A stretch of DNA of 62,243 nt from Chara braunii. Lineage: Eukaryota > Plantae > Charophyceae. The stretch spans positions 2,836,689 through 2,898,931 of the forward strand of contig BFEA01000031.1 of assembly GCA_003427395.1 (NCBI GenBank). Direction: 5' to 3'. Position numbers and translations under genes: made by a program. Positions 1-12,452 of this stretch are shown here, in pieces (position 1 is the first letter of the stretch; every line of letters starts with the position of its first letter). Below the pieces are notes generated by a model that ran no database searches, was not told where the DNA came from, and saw only the letters and a list, made by a program, of their open reading frames with translations.

Positions 1-882
1 ATGATGATGCAAATGTGTTGTTGTTGTTTTTCTCGTTGGTTTACTTGTTGCATTGTGCACATTGACATCTGGTGAATGTTGCATCTATGCTGCTGGTTGT
101 TGCCACTTTCATCATTGCTAGATCCTAGGCTGTTAGTGCATTTCACTTTCTGATATGCTACACATAACCTGCTTCAAACCCTGTAACAGTTGCAAGCGGG
201 AGAACACATCGTGAGTCAGGACAAAAAGCAACTTATAGCAAGGCAAAGTGGGTGGGCAGGCGGGCAAGAGGGCAAGCACACAGCAACTCGGCATAGCACG
301 CAGAAGGGTATGCACTGTGCAGTTCTATGCAGTACAGGCAGCATCTAGCAAGGCAAGCGGGGGGGGAAGCAACGACAGGGCGAGCCCGGCAGCACGGTAT
401 GCAGTAGTGCAGCATATAGCAAAGCAAGCGAGCAAGCAGAAACACAGCAAGGCAAGCGGGCCGGTAGCAAACACACCAAGCCACAGGTTGGTAAGCGGGA
501 CCGTCAGGTCCGTCACCGCAACATGGACACAGAAACCCGCGCCGGCTGCAGAAAGGATCAGAGCAGCCTATCACCAGCTGGCATCATATCGAAAAGCCTG
601 CAGACTATCGTAATTCACATCACCGCCAAGAGCCAGGGGGTCGAACAATCAGTACCAGGAAAAAGAGACACGGGCATCCCGAACACAGCAACCCCCCTCA
701 CAGTGCTATAAGCACTCCTAACAAAAAAGCACTGACTATTTGGCACATCTTAAAGGTGCTGCACTTGGACACTGATGAGAGTACAGGGAGAGCACGGGGG
801 ACGGAAAAACAAATAGACAATGTGTGTGTTGTCATGTTCACTGTACACAACTCCACAAGAAAAAGCATGATTGTGCCAGACA

Positions 883-911
883 GTTTCATCGGACTTGCAC
901 CAGCTCATCAG
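883..911 (-). ncRNA. Hammerhead ribozyme core (degenerate stem II)
   Basis: Minus strand reads CTGATGA-GCTGG-TGCAAGT-CCGAT-GAAAC, followed by TGTC. Confidence 0.55.
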
Positions 912-1723
912 GAGGTTTTGAGTGAGTGAGTGTGTGCGTGTGTTTAACTAACCATTAACGCTACCACCACGCAAATCGAGGCGAGTTGCGTTCAGGGTAC
1001 GTGGAGCTCTTCACACCATTTTAGGAAGACCCATACAGCAAGCCTTTGCATCACCCACACCGGGACCGTTCGAGCATCTGAACACTACTGGGTCCTTATT
1101 ACCCCTTGTACCGTGACCATGGCATGCAGCAGCCTCTATCATTCACCAACCCTACTAAGACACAAGGACTAGAGCCCGAGGGCACTAAGCCATGAGACAT
1201 AAACAATAGTCCAATAAGACAAAGCAACTGACAACCAGCAACAACGTATACAACGAAACACCAAGGCAAATAACGACTTCATGTCACACAGGCTGGGAGG
1301 GAAAGGGGGAGGCGGGCAGGCAAACAAACAGTACAGAGCAAGTACTAGGGGAAGGCAAATAAAAGACGACGAAGGAAAAGGCATGTGACACCAGGCAACG
1401 ACAAAGAGCAAGGGCTGGAGGGCACGGAGCAAAGCAGCACATGACCTACGCACATCACGATTGAACCTCGAAGACTGTTGGTTGCCACCACCCACTGAGC
1501 AGTGGAGACAGCACAAAACAACAAAGCACACTGGGTGAAAGGCATGGGGTAGACAGATGGGCAAGCAAACAACGTAAGGCAGTGAGGGAAACAACAGCAA
1601 GACAAACGACAACAATTCAAAAACAACACCTGAAAAAAATACAAGTATACACAAAGCAAAGATTGAAAAAAATACAAGTAAAAACAAAGCAAAGACTGAA
1701 AAAAATAAAACTGATGATAGATT

Positions 1724-1752
1724 GTTTCGTCGGAGTTGCACCGACTCATCAG
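1724..1752 (-). ncRNA. Hammerhead ribozyme core
   Basis: Minus strand reads CTGATGA-GTCGG-TGCAACT-CCGAC-GAAAC, with a perfect 5-bp stem II. Confidence 0.65.
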
Positions 1753-2602
1753 GAGGCTGAACCCTCGACAATCTGCGGAATCCCTGTATTTGATGGTTTG
1801 GGTCATACACCCTTTGACCCTTGTTGAAGGCAAACTGTCCCCAAGAGGAACATAGCAGCGGGCAGCAACCCTGTGAAGCACCAGGCAACACACCAGAGGC
1901 AACACGGCTGCACAACACCAAAAGCGACTGCAAGGAACGACATGGCACGCAGCGCGGCAGCCTTGTAGTGAAGCACAAGGCAACACAAGCAAGGTAACAG
2001 CACTGCAGGACACGGCAGGGCGAGTGAACCAGCAGCTGGACAACCGTGGAGCGGAGCACAAGGCACCAGCAACAAGGCAACCAAGCTCCAGGCCACACAA
2101 GCGGCAAGCACAGAAGGCACGGCCAACAGATGAGCAGCACAGCAGCGGAGCAGCGAAGCGCAAGGCAACACCAACAACACAGCCACACCGCACAGCGAAC
2201 ACATCAACCTGCAAAGAACCACCCATCAACCTGCAAAGAACCACACGCGAAGCAAGCGGGACAGGCAGCAAGGCAGCAGCGAAGCGCAGACGAGGACGTC
2301 CACACATCCAACACGGAGCAAAGCAGTACATGACCTACTCACGTCACGATTGAACCCCGCAGACTGTTGGTTCCCACCACCCACTGAGCCAGGGAGTCAC
2401 TCCGACGAACATCCATCATCACCGACAGGCGACACAGACATCCCGAACCGAGCAGCCCCCATAAGAGTGCAGTAGGCACTCCAAACGAGGAACTACCGAC
2501 TGTTTGGCACTACTTAAGGGTGCTCAGTTGGGCACACAAAAAAAGTTAGAAAAAATCAGGGGAAGAACAGACAACAGAAAAAAGACTGACAAACATAAAA
2601 CT

Positions 2603-2638
<36 letters not shown>

Positions 2639-2823
2639 NNNNNNNNNNNNNNNNNNNNNNNNNNNNNNNNNNNNNNNNNNNNNNNNNNNNNNNNNNNNNN
2701 NNNNNNNNNNNNNNNNNNNNNNNNNNNNNNNNNNNNNNNNNNNNNNNNNNNNNNNNNNNNNNNNNNNNNNNNNNNNNNNNNNNNNNNNNNNNNNNNNNNN
2801 NNNNNNNNNNNNNNNNNNNNNNN

Positions 2824-2897
<74 letters not shown>

Positions 2898-3092
2898 ACG
2901 CACATTTAGACGCACGCACACACATACGCACACACACAAAACAAAAACAAACAGAAAAAAAACGCACACGAGCGCATACACGCACACGCACACGCACACG
3001 CACACACACACGCACACGGAGACACGCACTCATACACACACGAACGCACAGACGGACTGACCCGCACGCAGAGAGAAGGTACGTTGGTGGAT

Positions 3093-4352
3093 CTAGCACA
3101 CTGAGACGGCGATAGGAGCTCCCTCGTCGTCGTAGTGGATCGCAACAGGTCGGCCGGAGTTATCTAGGCTAACCCTGCCGGCTTCAAGGATGGCAGTGAC
3201 CTTCATGCCGCCATGGATTGTAGCGAGCACACCCTCATCTTCCACATCGGCGAAGGACTTCTTTCCTGAGTTCAGATCTCTCACTGTTTCTACAAACTTT
3301 TCCACACTTCGGTACCCATACCCCATTTGTCCAGCGAAGAAACCCTTAGCGTCCGGCTTGTACCTCATATACAGCGGATTGAGAGACGAGAAGCCATGTC
3401 CATCCATGGCGTGCGTGTAGCCCCTGTGCGCTTGATCTACTCTAAGCTCTCCCTTCTGTCCCATGTAGTGAAAGTACTGCTGCGTGTGGCAATCCCCCAA
3501 CGGGGAAATCCAACTAGCAGTATATAATGCGGTCCCTTTGGACCCATCTTTGCTCCTCCACTGTACCATCAGCGTGATTGTGTCTTCCACCTCTCTGTCA
3601 ATCATACGATTAGCAACGCCATCGGACGCCATAGCCACCACCTCCTCAGGTCGGGACTCCTCTCCCACTGCCCACGCATGGACATCGATATGATGAGAAT
3701 TCAAATAGTAAGATATATCGGAGCTCTTTCCCGCCCATCCTGCGAATGTGTGCAGTTGCTTCTTCGGCTGAGTCATGGTGCTTGAGAAGAAGGAGAACCC
3801 TCCCAGCTCGCTCCTAATGCGCTCTTTGGCATCTGCATATACTATGTCAAATCGCTTATGGTATTCGACCGCGACAAGTACCGATCGGGATCTTGCCGCC
3901 TCGCAGAGCCTTCGGTGTTGATCCAGAGTCTTCACGGCCGGTTTGGCAAGCAACACGTGTAACCCGCTCTCGATGGCGGCCATAGCCATGTCGAAGTGAG
4001 TGTCATCTGGTGTGAAGATGGTCACAGCATCGCCTTTCTTCATCGTCTTGATGGCCGCCTGATAAGCAAGAGGGTCGAGCTCCACGTCATCTGGAGGAAA
4101 CGTCGCTAAGCTGACATCCATGTTTTTGTAGACGTCAGCAATCTTCGTCCGCAGCTGCTCTCTGATGGGTTTGAACTCCAGACCGGTCGAGTTACACAGA
4201 GCCAGGCGATTGACGAGTCCGCGCCGCCGCAAATCAATCAAGGTCACCGCTATCACACCGGCGGGTTTGTCGCTTGCGGCGCCGTGCTGACCGCGAACAA
4301 ACCCAGTCGTGTACTCCCCGGCGCCAATCATGAGCACATCAACAGATTCCAT
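3093..4352 (-). CDS. gaaA: Gfo/Idh/MocA-family oxidoreductase, GaaA-like D-galacturonate reductase (419 aa, intronless)
   Basis: Intact ORF. Motifs VLMIGAGEYTTG, IFTPDDTH, HVLLAKP, EYHKRFD, SDISYYLNSHHID, EDTITL, QYFHYMG and GYGY match the fungal GaaA protein as recalled. Confidence 0.85.
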   Translation of the reverse strand: MESVDVLMIGAGEYTTGFVRGQHGAASDKPAGVIAVTLIDLRRRGLVNRLALCNSTGLEFKPIREQLRTKIADVYKNMDVSLATFPPDDVELDPLAYQAAIKTMKKGDAVTIFTPDDTHFDMAMAAIESGLHVLLAKPAVKTLDQHRRLCEAARSRSVLVAVEYHKRFDIVYADAKERIRSELGGFSFFSSTMTQPKKQLHTFAGWAGKSSDISYYLNSHHIDVHAWAVGEESRPEEVVAMASDGVANRMIDREVEDTITLMVQWRSKDGSKGTALYTASWISPLGDCHTQQYFHYMGQKGELRVDQAHRGYTHAMDGHGFSSLNPLYMRYKPDAKGFFAGQMGYGYRSVEKFVETVRDLNSGKKSFADVEDEGVLATIHGGMKVTAILEAGRVSLDNSGRPVAIHYDDEGAPIAVSVC

Positions 4353-4531
4353 TTCCCTCCTTCTCGTACTCTCTGCCTCCTCTTCTCCCCTCTCTCTTCT
4401 CCCGTCTCTCTTCTCCCCTCTCTCTTCTCCACTCTTCTCCTCTCTCTTCTCCTCTCTCTTCTCCTCTCCCTTTTCTCCTCCGGTAGACCTCGTCGTCTCC
4501 TCGTCCGCTTATGTTCCGATAATCAGACTCA

Positions 4532-4654
4532 GGGCGTACTACTCACACTACCACTATTCCGAATGTATCTGACTGTAATTACGGCCAGACATGGATGTAT
4601 CTGGCTGCATTTCCGTCCAGAAACAAGTAAAAAGGTTCTAGTGTGAGTATGCCC
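4532..4654. mobile_element. PIF/Harbinger (Tourist-like) MITE, 123 bp
   Basis: TIRs gggcgtactactcacac / gtgtgagtatgccc; TCA TSD on both sides; about 180 bp upstream of the gaaA-like ATG. Confidence 0.8.
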
Positions 4655-4922
4655 TCAGAACAAAGGAAAGGAACTCGTGAGGAGGAGGAGAATGCAATCT
4701 GTATATTTATTTATGACTATCTAACGAACATGGAATTAAAAACATACTACATATATATCTGTTTGTGACGATATATATATAGATAGATATATGTTGGCCC
4801 GTTATTACTGTAAATTGTCACCAAGGTAAAGACAGGGGACTCTCATCCATATACTACATAGATATCACTGTGCATTGTGCATGTCACAGTACAACGTACA
4901 TATTATCGTGGCACTTGATATA

Positions 4923-4975
4923 ATACACGTGGCAATGCAGATGATACACGTGGCAATGCAGATGATACACGTGGC
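4923..4975. promoter_or_regulatory. Three tandem ABRE/G-box motifs (ACACGTGGC) in a 21-bp repeat
   Basis: atacacgtggcaatgcagatg x2.5, about 570-620 bp upstream of the gaaA-like ATG. Confidence 0.4.
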
Positions 4976-5257
4976 GAGCGATCAATCCATGACGATACAT
5001 ATGCTAAGCAGCTATGAGATGAGGTCAGGCTGAGTGCGGTGCCCGTCCCAAGTTACTGTATTTGCTTCACAGCCGGCGAACGCACCTGCACGGAATGTTT
5101 GCCGTAGAAAAAGAAACAGAAAAAGAAAAAGAGAGAGAGAAAAACATAATGCGGTTTTTCTTTTTTCAATCAGATATTACTGTGAATTGAGCACAACAGA
5201 TATATTACTGTGAATTGAGCACAAAAGATACTACATTTGGCCAAGTGCAATTTCACG

Positions 5258-5288
<31 letters not shown>

Positions 5289-5503
5289 AGATACTACATT
5301 TTTTATTTTTTATTTTTTTTTTATTTTTTTTGGGGAAAAAGCAAGGAAGTCCATTATCATGATAACATGAGGCCGGGAATTCCTCACAAACAACCCGGAA
5401 AAGAATCATGTCACAGTACTGGGACTTTCACCCAGTTTCAGTTCGTGGGCCTTACCCCAACTACACTTGGTATTTCTCCAGCAACCTCAAAAGGAAAATA
5501 GAA

Positions 5504-5662
5504 GGGAAAAGTTATAGAAGCTCCCCGCGGCAAAACCTTTGTATGGATATCTCCCCAAAATGGACTTGCTGCATTTGAGGTCCCCCAATAACTTTTCTGT
5601 TACTGGTAGGGCCTCAATCCGGGGCTGAGGCCGCCGCAGCTTGACAACCAAGGCTCAAGTTT

Positions 5663-5693
<31 letters not shown>

Positions 5694-6637
5694 GATGAGT
5701 CACTGCTTTTATTATAACATAAATGAATGAGGCCCGGAATCCCTCAACATCTCAACCCGGAAATGGAACCATTGCTGGAAACCGGGTCCAGCGTCCCGTG
5801 AACCGCCAAGGACTCATCAGAAGAATGGGCAACTGGATAGAGAGGAGAGAAAAACCAAGGAGAAAGATTAGAGATAAAGGAACCTGGATAGAAGAAGGAT
5901 AACTGCTGAGGTACCTATCTGGGGGCTACAAAGCTCAGACCCTCTCAGCTACACAATAGGTGAACTGTCTAATAAGGCTATATGCTCAAGTTTCCATTCC
6001 GGTAGTCACGTCGAATTTTCAGCCGCCAGCCAACCCAGTTGTACGTGGACTATTTTCGGGTTGGGTACATTCAAGAGGGCATAGCATACTTTCTTCACCT
6101 CACCTGGGCCCAATTCAAGAAAGATACATCCAAGAAAGTGCAAGTGTGCCGCAGGTCCGAAAATGACTTCCCGCGGACCTCCTGCCATTTTTGCATAGCG
6201 GGCGTTAGGCGGCCGGAGGTACTTGGGCCTTCACCTCACCTGGGCCCGATTCGAGAAAGATGCATCCAAGAAAGTACATCCAAGAAAGTACATCCAGGAA
6301 AGTGCGAGTGTGCCGCAGGTCCGAAAATGACTTCCCACCATTTTTGCATTGGGGGCGTTACCGGGCTAGTACGGCCGGAGGTACTTGGGCCTTCACCTCA
6401 CCTGGGCCCGATTCGAGAAAGATACATCCAACAAAGTGCAAGTGTGCCGCAGGCCGAAAGGAAACTTCGAAAAGAGCCAAGCTTATCAGCTTCCGTGGCC
6501 TCAGGCCCGGTCTGAGGCCCTAGACCCCGGAGCAAGAGTAACAAAAAAGTTATTGGGGGACCTCAAATGCATCAAGTCCATTTTGGGGAGATATGGATAC
6601 AAAGGTTTCGCGGCCGGGAGCTTCTATAACTTTTCCC
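5504..6637. mobile_element. Non-autonomous Mutator-like element (MULE)
   Basis: About 160-bp TIRs beginning gggaaaagttatagaagctccc and ending gggagcttctataacttttccc; 9-bp TSD aaaatagaa/aaaataaaa; internal tandem repeats at 6090-6460. Confidence 0.85.
5665..5983 (-). mobile_element. 5'-truncated non-LTR retroinsertion (3' UTR plus polyA) nested in the MULE
   Basis: 12-bp TSD gctcaagtttcc (5653-5664, 5984-5995); poly(T) on plus; AATAAA on minus; carries the structured 3' module. Confidence 0.8.
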
Positions 6638-6849
6638 AAAATAAAACCGAAAAGAAAGAAAATACCCAAAAGAAAAATGCCAAAAACAAGGAAACCAACA
6701 CGACAAAGAACTACCTTCCTAAATCTACTTACTCCTAATTAGCCTACTTACTTCTACTATCTCCGATACTACATTTGATCTTAGCCAGAAGGCCCCGGCT
6801 ATATGAATGAAAAAAAAAAAAAAAAAAAAAAAAGAAGGCCGAGAAAGTT

Positions 6850-7420
6850 CCTGTCGGCAGCCATGGTAGACTGCAAGGGATAGGGTAGGAAGGAGAGTGT
6901 CTAGGAACTACCTCAGGAACAATTCAATTCCACTCTGCCGTCTTGGGCCGGGGTCAGGCTGGTTTAGGCCTGTGTATTGGGACTTAAGTAGCCCTTCCCC
7001 CCTCCCCTCCCCTCTCTTCCACTGCCCTCTCCCGCTTCCTTATCTCCCTTCTCCTCCCCCCGCCCCCCTCTTGCTCCTACCTCCCCCACCCCCAGTCTTG
7101 AAGCCCCTTTAGTTTGTAATCCGAAGTCGCAATAGGTTGGGAAAGGATTTAGGGCCAGATCCCACTAGCCCATATTGTTCATTTCTGACCGTTGATCTTC
7201 GTAATCGAGGGTGAAAATTGAATAATCCAGGGTAGTGGGATCTGACCCTAAGTCTCGGACTCGGTCTCTGTGTCCCAAGTAGGTCTGTGCTTCCCACATT
7301 CTGCAGCAAAGAATTCGACTTCCATAAGCTAAACCGGCTGACGCTGCTGGGATAACTGCCGGCCTCGCCCCATTTTGATTCGAAATGACATTTGAACTTT
7401 CTTTGGAAAAAAAAAAAAAG
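6850..7420 (+). mobile_element. L1-like 3' UTR remnant, tail-to-tail with the L1 at 7915-9270
   Basis: 7327-7360 is the reverse complement of about 8005-8040; 6945-6980 resembles the reverse complement of 8195-8245; A-tract at about 7407-7419. Confidence 0.5.
7152..7248. mobile_element. Harbinger-type MITE, 97 bp
   Basis: TIRs gggccagatcccacta / tagtgggatctgaccc; TTA and TAA flanks; second copy at 28501-28597. Confidence 0.75.
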
Positions 7421-7494
7421 GCGGAGAAAGGTATAGAAATAGAAATAGAAACAAGAAAAGGGAGATTTATTCCACAGCCACCGCCCGCAGCTGA

Positions 7495-7860
7495 GGGCAT
7501 ACTCACACGGGAACCTAGAATCCAAAAATAGTTTAAAATACCAAAAAAAAGGGGAAAAGGCGGGTCACGGATCTACCAAATTCGCAAATGTACTATTCCA
7601 GTACCCATTTGTCAGCGGCCTGGGAAGCCTCACCTCTGGAGGTGACCGCAAATGCCCTTTTGTTTTTTGCATTTTCTTCAAAATTTGGCAAAAATTCGTT
7701 GTGACCAGCCAAGTACCAAATCCCCATTTCTCCAGACGGGGCGACCTTGTCCCATCTGAAAAGGTACAGCAGTGTGACGTGAACCATGCCCAAAACCTCA
7801 AATCGGCCCTTCCCAAATCTGCATATTTTGTGTATTTGGGGTCGCCGTGTGAGTATGCCC
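7495..7860. mobile_element. Harbinger-type MITE
   Basis: Perfect TIRs gggcatactcacacgg / ccgtgtgagtatgccc; inverted homolog of 48220-48794. Confidence 0.8.
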
Positions 7861-7914
7861 CAAATGTAACACACGTGTACCTGTTAGTAAACAAGAGCAG
7901 AGGCAGCAGCAGCA

Positions 7915-9270
7915 TTTTTTTTTATTTTATTTTTTTTAAAAGAACACATTCGGTTATATTCCAAAGAACACATTTGTCACGAGCCGGGGACCTCACAATT
8001 CAACCCGGAGTTATCCCGGCAGCATCAGCCGGTTTAGCTTCTGCATCACTCAGCTCAAGACTCTACCATTACCTCTGTATTCTTCCTTCCTCAACCAACA
8101 AACAATCAATCAAACATTATCAACCAAAGATAGCAGATGTTTCCACTCAACAATGTTTCATGGCTAAAACCACCTTACACCTAAGGCCTATAATCCTAGG
8201 AAATACACAGACCTAAGGCAGCCTGACCTCGGCCTAAACCAGCCGAGAGGAACAACTACTCCTTAAGAGGTGACCGGACGCTCTCCCTTCCCCCACCCGT
8301 TGCGGCCTACTGTGGCCGCCGACTGGAACCCAGTGTCCCTGGTTCCTAAAACCGAGAGGCCAGGTAAGTAATTCCTCCCTCATCCAACCTTATACTTGCC
8401 TCACTACTTGCCACTCAACCATGGGGACAATACCATCTCTCCCTCCTCGGTAACCACTGCTAACTGGCTGCCTCTTGCCCATGTAAACAGGAACCATTGT
8501 CTTCCTTTCTGACTTCTTCCCTTGTCTGCTTTCCGCACCCAATCAGCCACTATCATGGTCCCGATAACCGCTCTGATCTTGGCCTTAATCCCCTGATCTG
8601 CCGTCCACTCACTTCGAAACAATACGTTATTTCGTTCTTCCCAAATCACCCACATCACTGCCGAACGGATGGCCTGTGCCATATAGCCCCATCCCTTGCT
8701 TTTGAAGAACAGGGGAGGAAGTCTTCCTGAGAGCACCCAGTTCTGGTCCCACTGCAAAGCCGACCCGAGCCTCTGCCAGTGTATTGACCACCATCTCCAG
8801 ATCCGATTGAAGCTTGGCATTCCCAGATCAGGTGGAACAAAGTCTCCTCATGACGGTTGCCGCACCTTCTGCAGGTAGTTTGGATCTCCATCCCTCTTGT
8901 TGACAGCCATTTTGCGGTAGGAACTGCAGAATGGGATAACAGCCATAAGAGGCCAGATAGTTTGAGGCTTGGTAGGACAAACAGTTGAGACCAGGAGCTG
9001 TTGACTTCTGTAGCCAGCATTGGTTCTGTTAGGGGAAGCTCCCGGGTGATCTTCCGACCTACCTCCGAAGCAAGCGAGACGCTTGAATATTGCAGTGCAG
9101 ATTCCTCCCCAGCTTCGTGTTGTATTGCAATAAATTCCTTTTAACTAGTGAGTGAGCCTGCCACACGCAACTGCCTGGGTCTATCGTCAGATCTAGCAGG
9201 GCTGCCCCCCCTTGAACGGTAGCCATCCCTATCTTACCCGAACCTTCTGACTTCGGAAGTACCCTGATTT
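7915..9270 (-). mobile_element. L1/Tx1 LINE 3' end (frameshifted ORF2 zf-RVT region, 3' UTR, A-tail)
   Basis: LLWLLSHSAVPT..CRRCG..ETLFHLIWEC, then WVIWEERN; T-tract at 7915-7937. Confidence 0.85.
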
Positions 9271-10086
9271 TTTTTCTTTTTTTTTTTTTTTNNNNNNNNN
9301 NNNNNNNNNNNNNNNNNNNNNNNNNNNNNNNNNNNNNNNNNNNNNNNNNNNNNNNNNNNNNNNNNNNNNNNNNNNNNNNNNNNNNNNNNNNNNNNNNNNN
9401 NNNNNNNNNNNNNNNNNNNNNNNNNNNNNNNNNNNNNNNNNNNNNNNNNNNNNNNNNNNNNNNNNNNNTTTTCCCTAAACCCCAAGGGACCTCCCGAGGT
9501 CCCTCGTAACACAAGGAAGCGCGAAATTCGGAGCGACGAAGGCATGCGTCGACGCACAATTTCAGTTGGATGGTGGTCCAGACGTGGTCCGCCGAAATGG
9601 AGCACGGACATCTCCGCCTCGAAAGTCTGCTCGTCGTCCCAACGGCTCCAAATGGTAACCGGCGGCGCGAGGCCTCCGTCCGTCCGCGCGACTCGACGGC
9701 CACCGCCGTCGTGCGGTCTGCTCCGGCGGGCGATCGTCGACAACGGTCCGAAATTCGAAAGTTTTTGTACACGGCTCCCCGTTCGGCGACGACAGTCATT
9801 CGACAGGATCGTCGTTTTCTTCCACTGCCGTCACGCCTCCCACGTTCGAGCACAGATCTTCCACCGATCTTCCTTGTCTCGACGACCTTGTTCGTTGAAC
9901 GGTCCACCGCCGACGTCGGTTTCATCCCCTTCAAACGGCTCTTACATGGCCGACCTGCTGCACAGGCTTCCCCTGTTGTTCCTCGTCGTCTTGCTGCTTC
10001 TCGCCGTTGTCTTCTACCACGTGTGTCTCATTGGCCTCGTCCCGGCCGCGTCTCGCAGAAGGAGATCTCCCAAGAAGGCCGACAGG

Positions 10087-11794
10087 ATGGCTGGACGGCT
10101 GCCGAACGGCAGACCGGCAGGCACATCCGGCGGATCTATCAATCGCCAACGCAGTGCGGGGTCGGTGGCGAAGCAGCCGTACGACCCGAGGTTGTATGCT
10201 TACCTGCCTTCTCACGAGATTCCTCTACCGTCTTCGGATGACGAGGGAAGGGAAGCCAGGTCGCCGACTTTGCCGTTGGGAAGCGGTTCTACGCAGGACT
10301 GGGCGGCGACGCAATCCTGCGGCGCCAGGGGGGTGGAGACGCCGTGGTCTTACACGTCACTTCTGAATGAGGGGCTGGGCGATGACGACGGCGATGCAGC
10401 GGTCCATCTGAGCTTTCATCTGTCGAGCAGCAGCGGGGCAGCCGCAATGCACACTCGGATCATCAATCCCCACCCGGGTGGGGATTGCGCGGAAAACACG
10501 CAAGGCGCTGTCTGCGGCCCACGAGACGACGGTCTGCCTCAATCAGTTCGCGACGGTGGAGGTGATCGTAATAACTCGTCGCCGAGCGTCGGTGGAGGAT
10601 TCAGTGCGCAAAGACGACTGGACTGGATGCGCTTGCTTGTCGCCTGCGACGCGAAGTGGACCCGGTGCTACTCGAGGGTGGCAGCCGGCGGAGGATTTGA
10701 TTGGGGGAGTTCCGGACGTGCAACGCGACGGCAGGCAGGTATGGGCAGAATGCAGGCAGGAGTTACATCGAGGTGAAACGAAAACGATCACCAGAGGGGT
10801 GCAACGGCTGCACGTCGACGAAGTGGAAGACACGGCTGTTGATGAGGGGCAGGGGTGTGACGACGTGGACGGCGAGGACAGTTGCAAGTCCGACGATTTA
10901 CCAGACATCAGGCCGCTTGGAAGGAGGGCGACGAGAGGCGGATCCGGTGCTAAGAAGGGCCCCGCCACGAAACCGAGACGGACGAAGAACATGGATGACG
11001 ATGGCGTGGGCGGCCGGAATTTCTGGTCGGTGGGAGACATGGTCGCGCTCGTGAGGGCGAAAAGGGATCAAGATCTGTATATCGCCGGCCTGGGGACTAG
11101 TTTCGCCTGCATGAAAATGGCCGCGTGGAAGTGGGAGGACGTGCGGGTGAGGTTGCAGGCGATGGGAGTGACGAGGGATGTCGTCGACTGCGGGAAGAAA
11201 TGGGACAACTTGATGCAACAATTCAAGAAGGTGCACAAGTTTCATAACCTCTCTGGCGGGAAGGACTACTTCAGGCTTGCTTTGAGGGACAGGCGATCGG
11301 AGGGCTTCAGCTTCGTCATGGACCAGAGCGTGTACGACGAAATGGAGGCCATGACGAAGGGGGATCACACGATCCACCCGGCAAATTTGGCGGCCACTGG
11401 GGCGGCGGGGGGGGTTCAAATGCCCGCAGGCGCGGGGGGGGGGGGGGGCACCATGGGCGGCGATGGTGGAGGGGAGACGGCAGACGAGGAGCAGGGGTCG
11501 ACGAAAGACTCGTCATTCGGCGCGGGAAGCGGCGGCGGTTATGGGAAGAGGAAGAACATGCGGCAACAAACCTTTGAAGCCGTCGCCGACGTCATGGAGA
11601 AGCATGGTGCGCTCATGGCGAGCACAATGGACAGCGCCAGCAAGCGACAATGCTCTATGATGTCATAGCAGTGCGAAATCGTGGAGAGCGAGGTGGAGGT
11701 GCTGAGGAAACACTATGCAGCGGCGGATGAGGCGAATAGAATGATGTGCAACGCCCTGCTGGAGATAGCAAAAGCCATCCGCGAGAGATCATGA
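10087..11794 (+). pseudogene. Harbinger Myb/SANT-like (trihelix) DNA-binding protein, disrupted
   Basis: FWSVGDMVALVRAK..KWEDVRVRL..TRDVVDCGKKWDNLMQQFKK. Apparent frameshift near 10640. In-frame TAG at 11666, after which a helical C-terminus continues to TGA 11794. Confidence 0.8.
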
Positions 11795-11841
11795 CTGGCG
11801 CGCACTTTCATGTCCATCCGCGGATAGAGAGAGAGAGAGCG

Positions 11842-11896
<55 letters not shown>

Positions 11897-12452
11897 GCGT
11901 GGGTGGGTGGGTGTCGACGGCAAATGCTTTGCACTGCCTTATTTTTAGAATTGTTCCTTTTGTTGTGTTTTTGTAATAAATATATTTTTTTTCTGCGTTT
12001 CTTCAAACACGGNNNNNNNNNNNNNNNNNNNNNNNNNNNNNNNNNNNNNNNNNNNNNNNNNNNNNNNNNNNNNNNNNNNNNNNNNNNNNNNNNNNNNNNN
12101 NNNNNNNNNNNNNNNNNNNNNNNNNNNNNNNNNNNNNNNNNNNNNNNNNNNNNNNNNNNNNNNNNNNNNNNNNNNNNNNNNNNNNNNNNNNNNNNNNNNN
12201 NNNNNNNNNNNNNNNNNNNNNNNNNNNNNNNNNNNNNNNNNNNNNNNNNNNNNNNNNNNNNNNNNNNNNNNNNNNNNNNNNNNNNNNNNNNNNNNNNNNN
12301 NNNNNNNNNNNNNNNNNNNNNNNNNNNNNNNNNNNNNNNNNNNNNNNNNNNNNNNNNNNNNNNNNNNNNNNNNNNNNNNNNNNNNNNNNNNNNNNNNNNN
12401 NNNNNNNNNNNNNNNNNNNNNNNNNNNNNNNNNNNNNNNNNNNNNNNNNNNN

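Larger units (their letters stand above)
230..2540. mobile_element. Decayed CA-rich repeat region, probably Penelope-like element remnants
   Basis: Strong C/A strand bias. Internal repeats 664-770 ~ 2428-2536 and 1439-1500 ~ 2327-2389. Two hammerhead cores on the minus strand. 820-915 matches the units at 59135-59480. No RT or GIY-YIG recognised. Confidence 0.45.

Noticed and set aside
5790-5822. CTGATGAGTCC on the minus strand as another hammerhead
   Set aside because: The GAAA core after stem II is missing.
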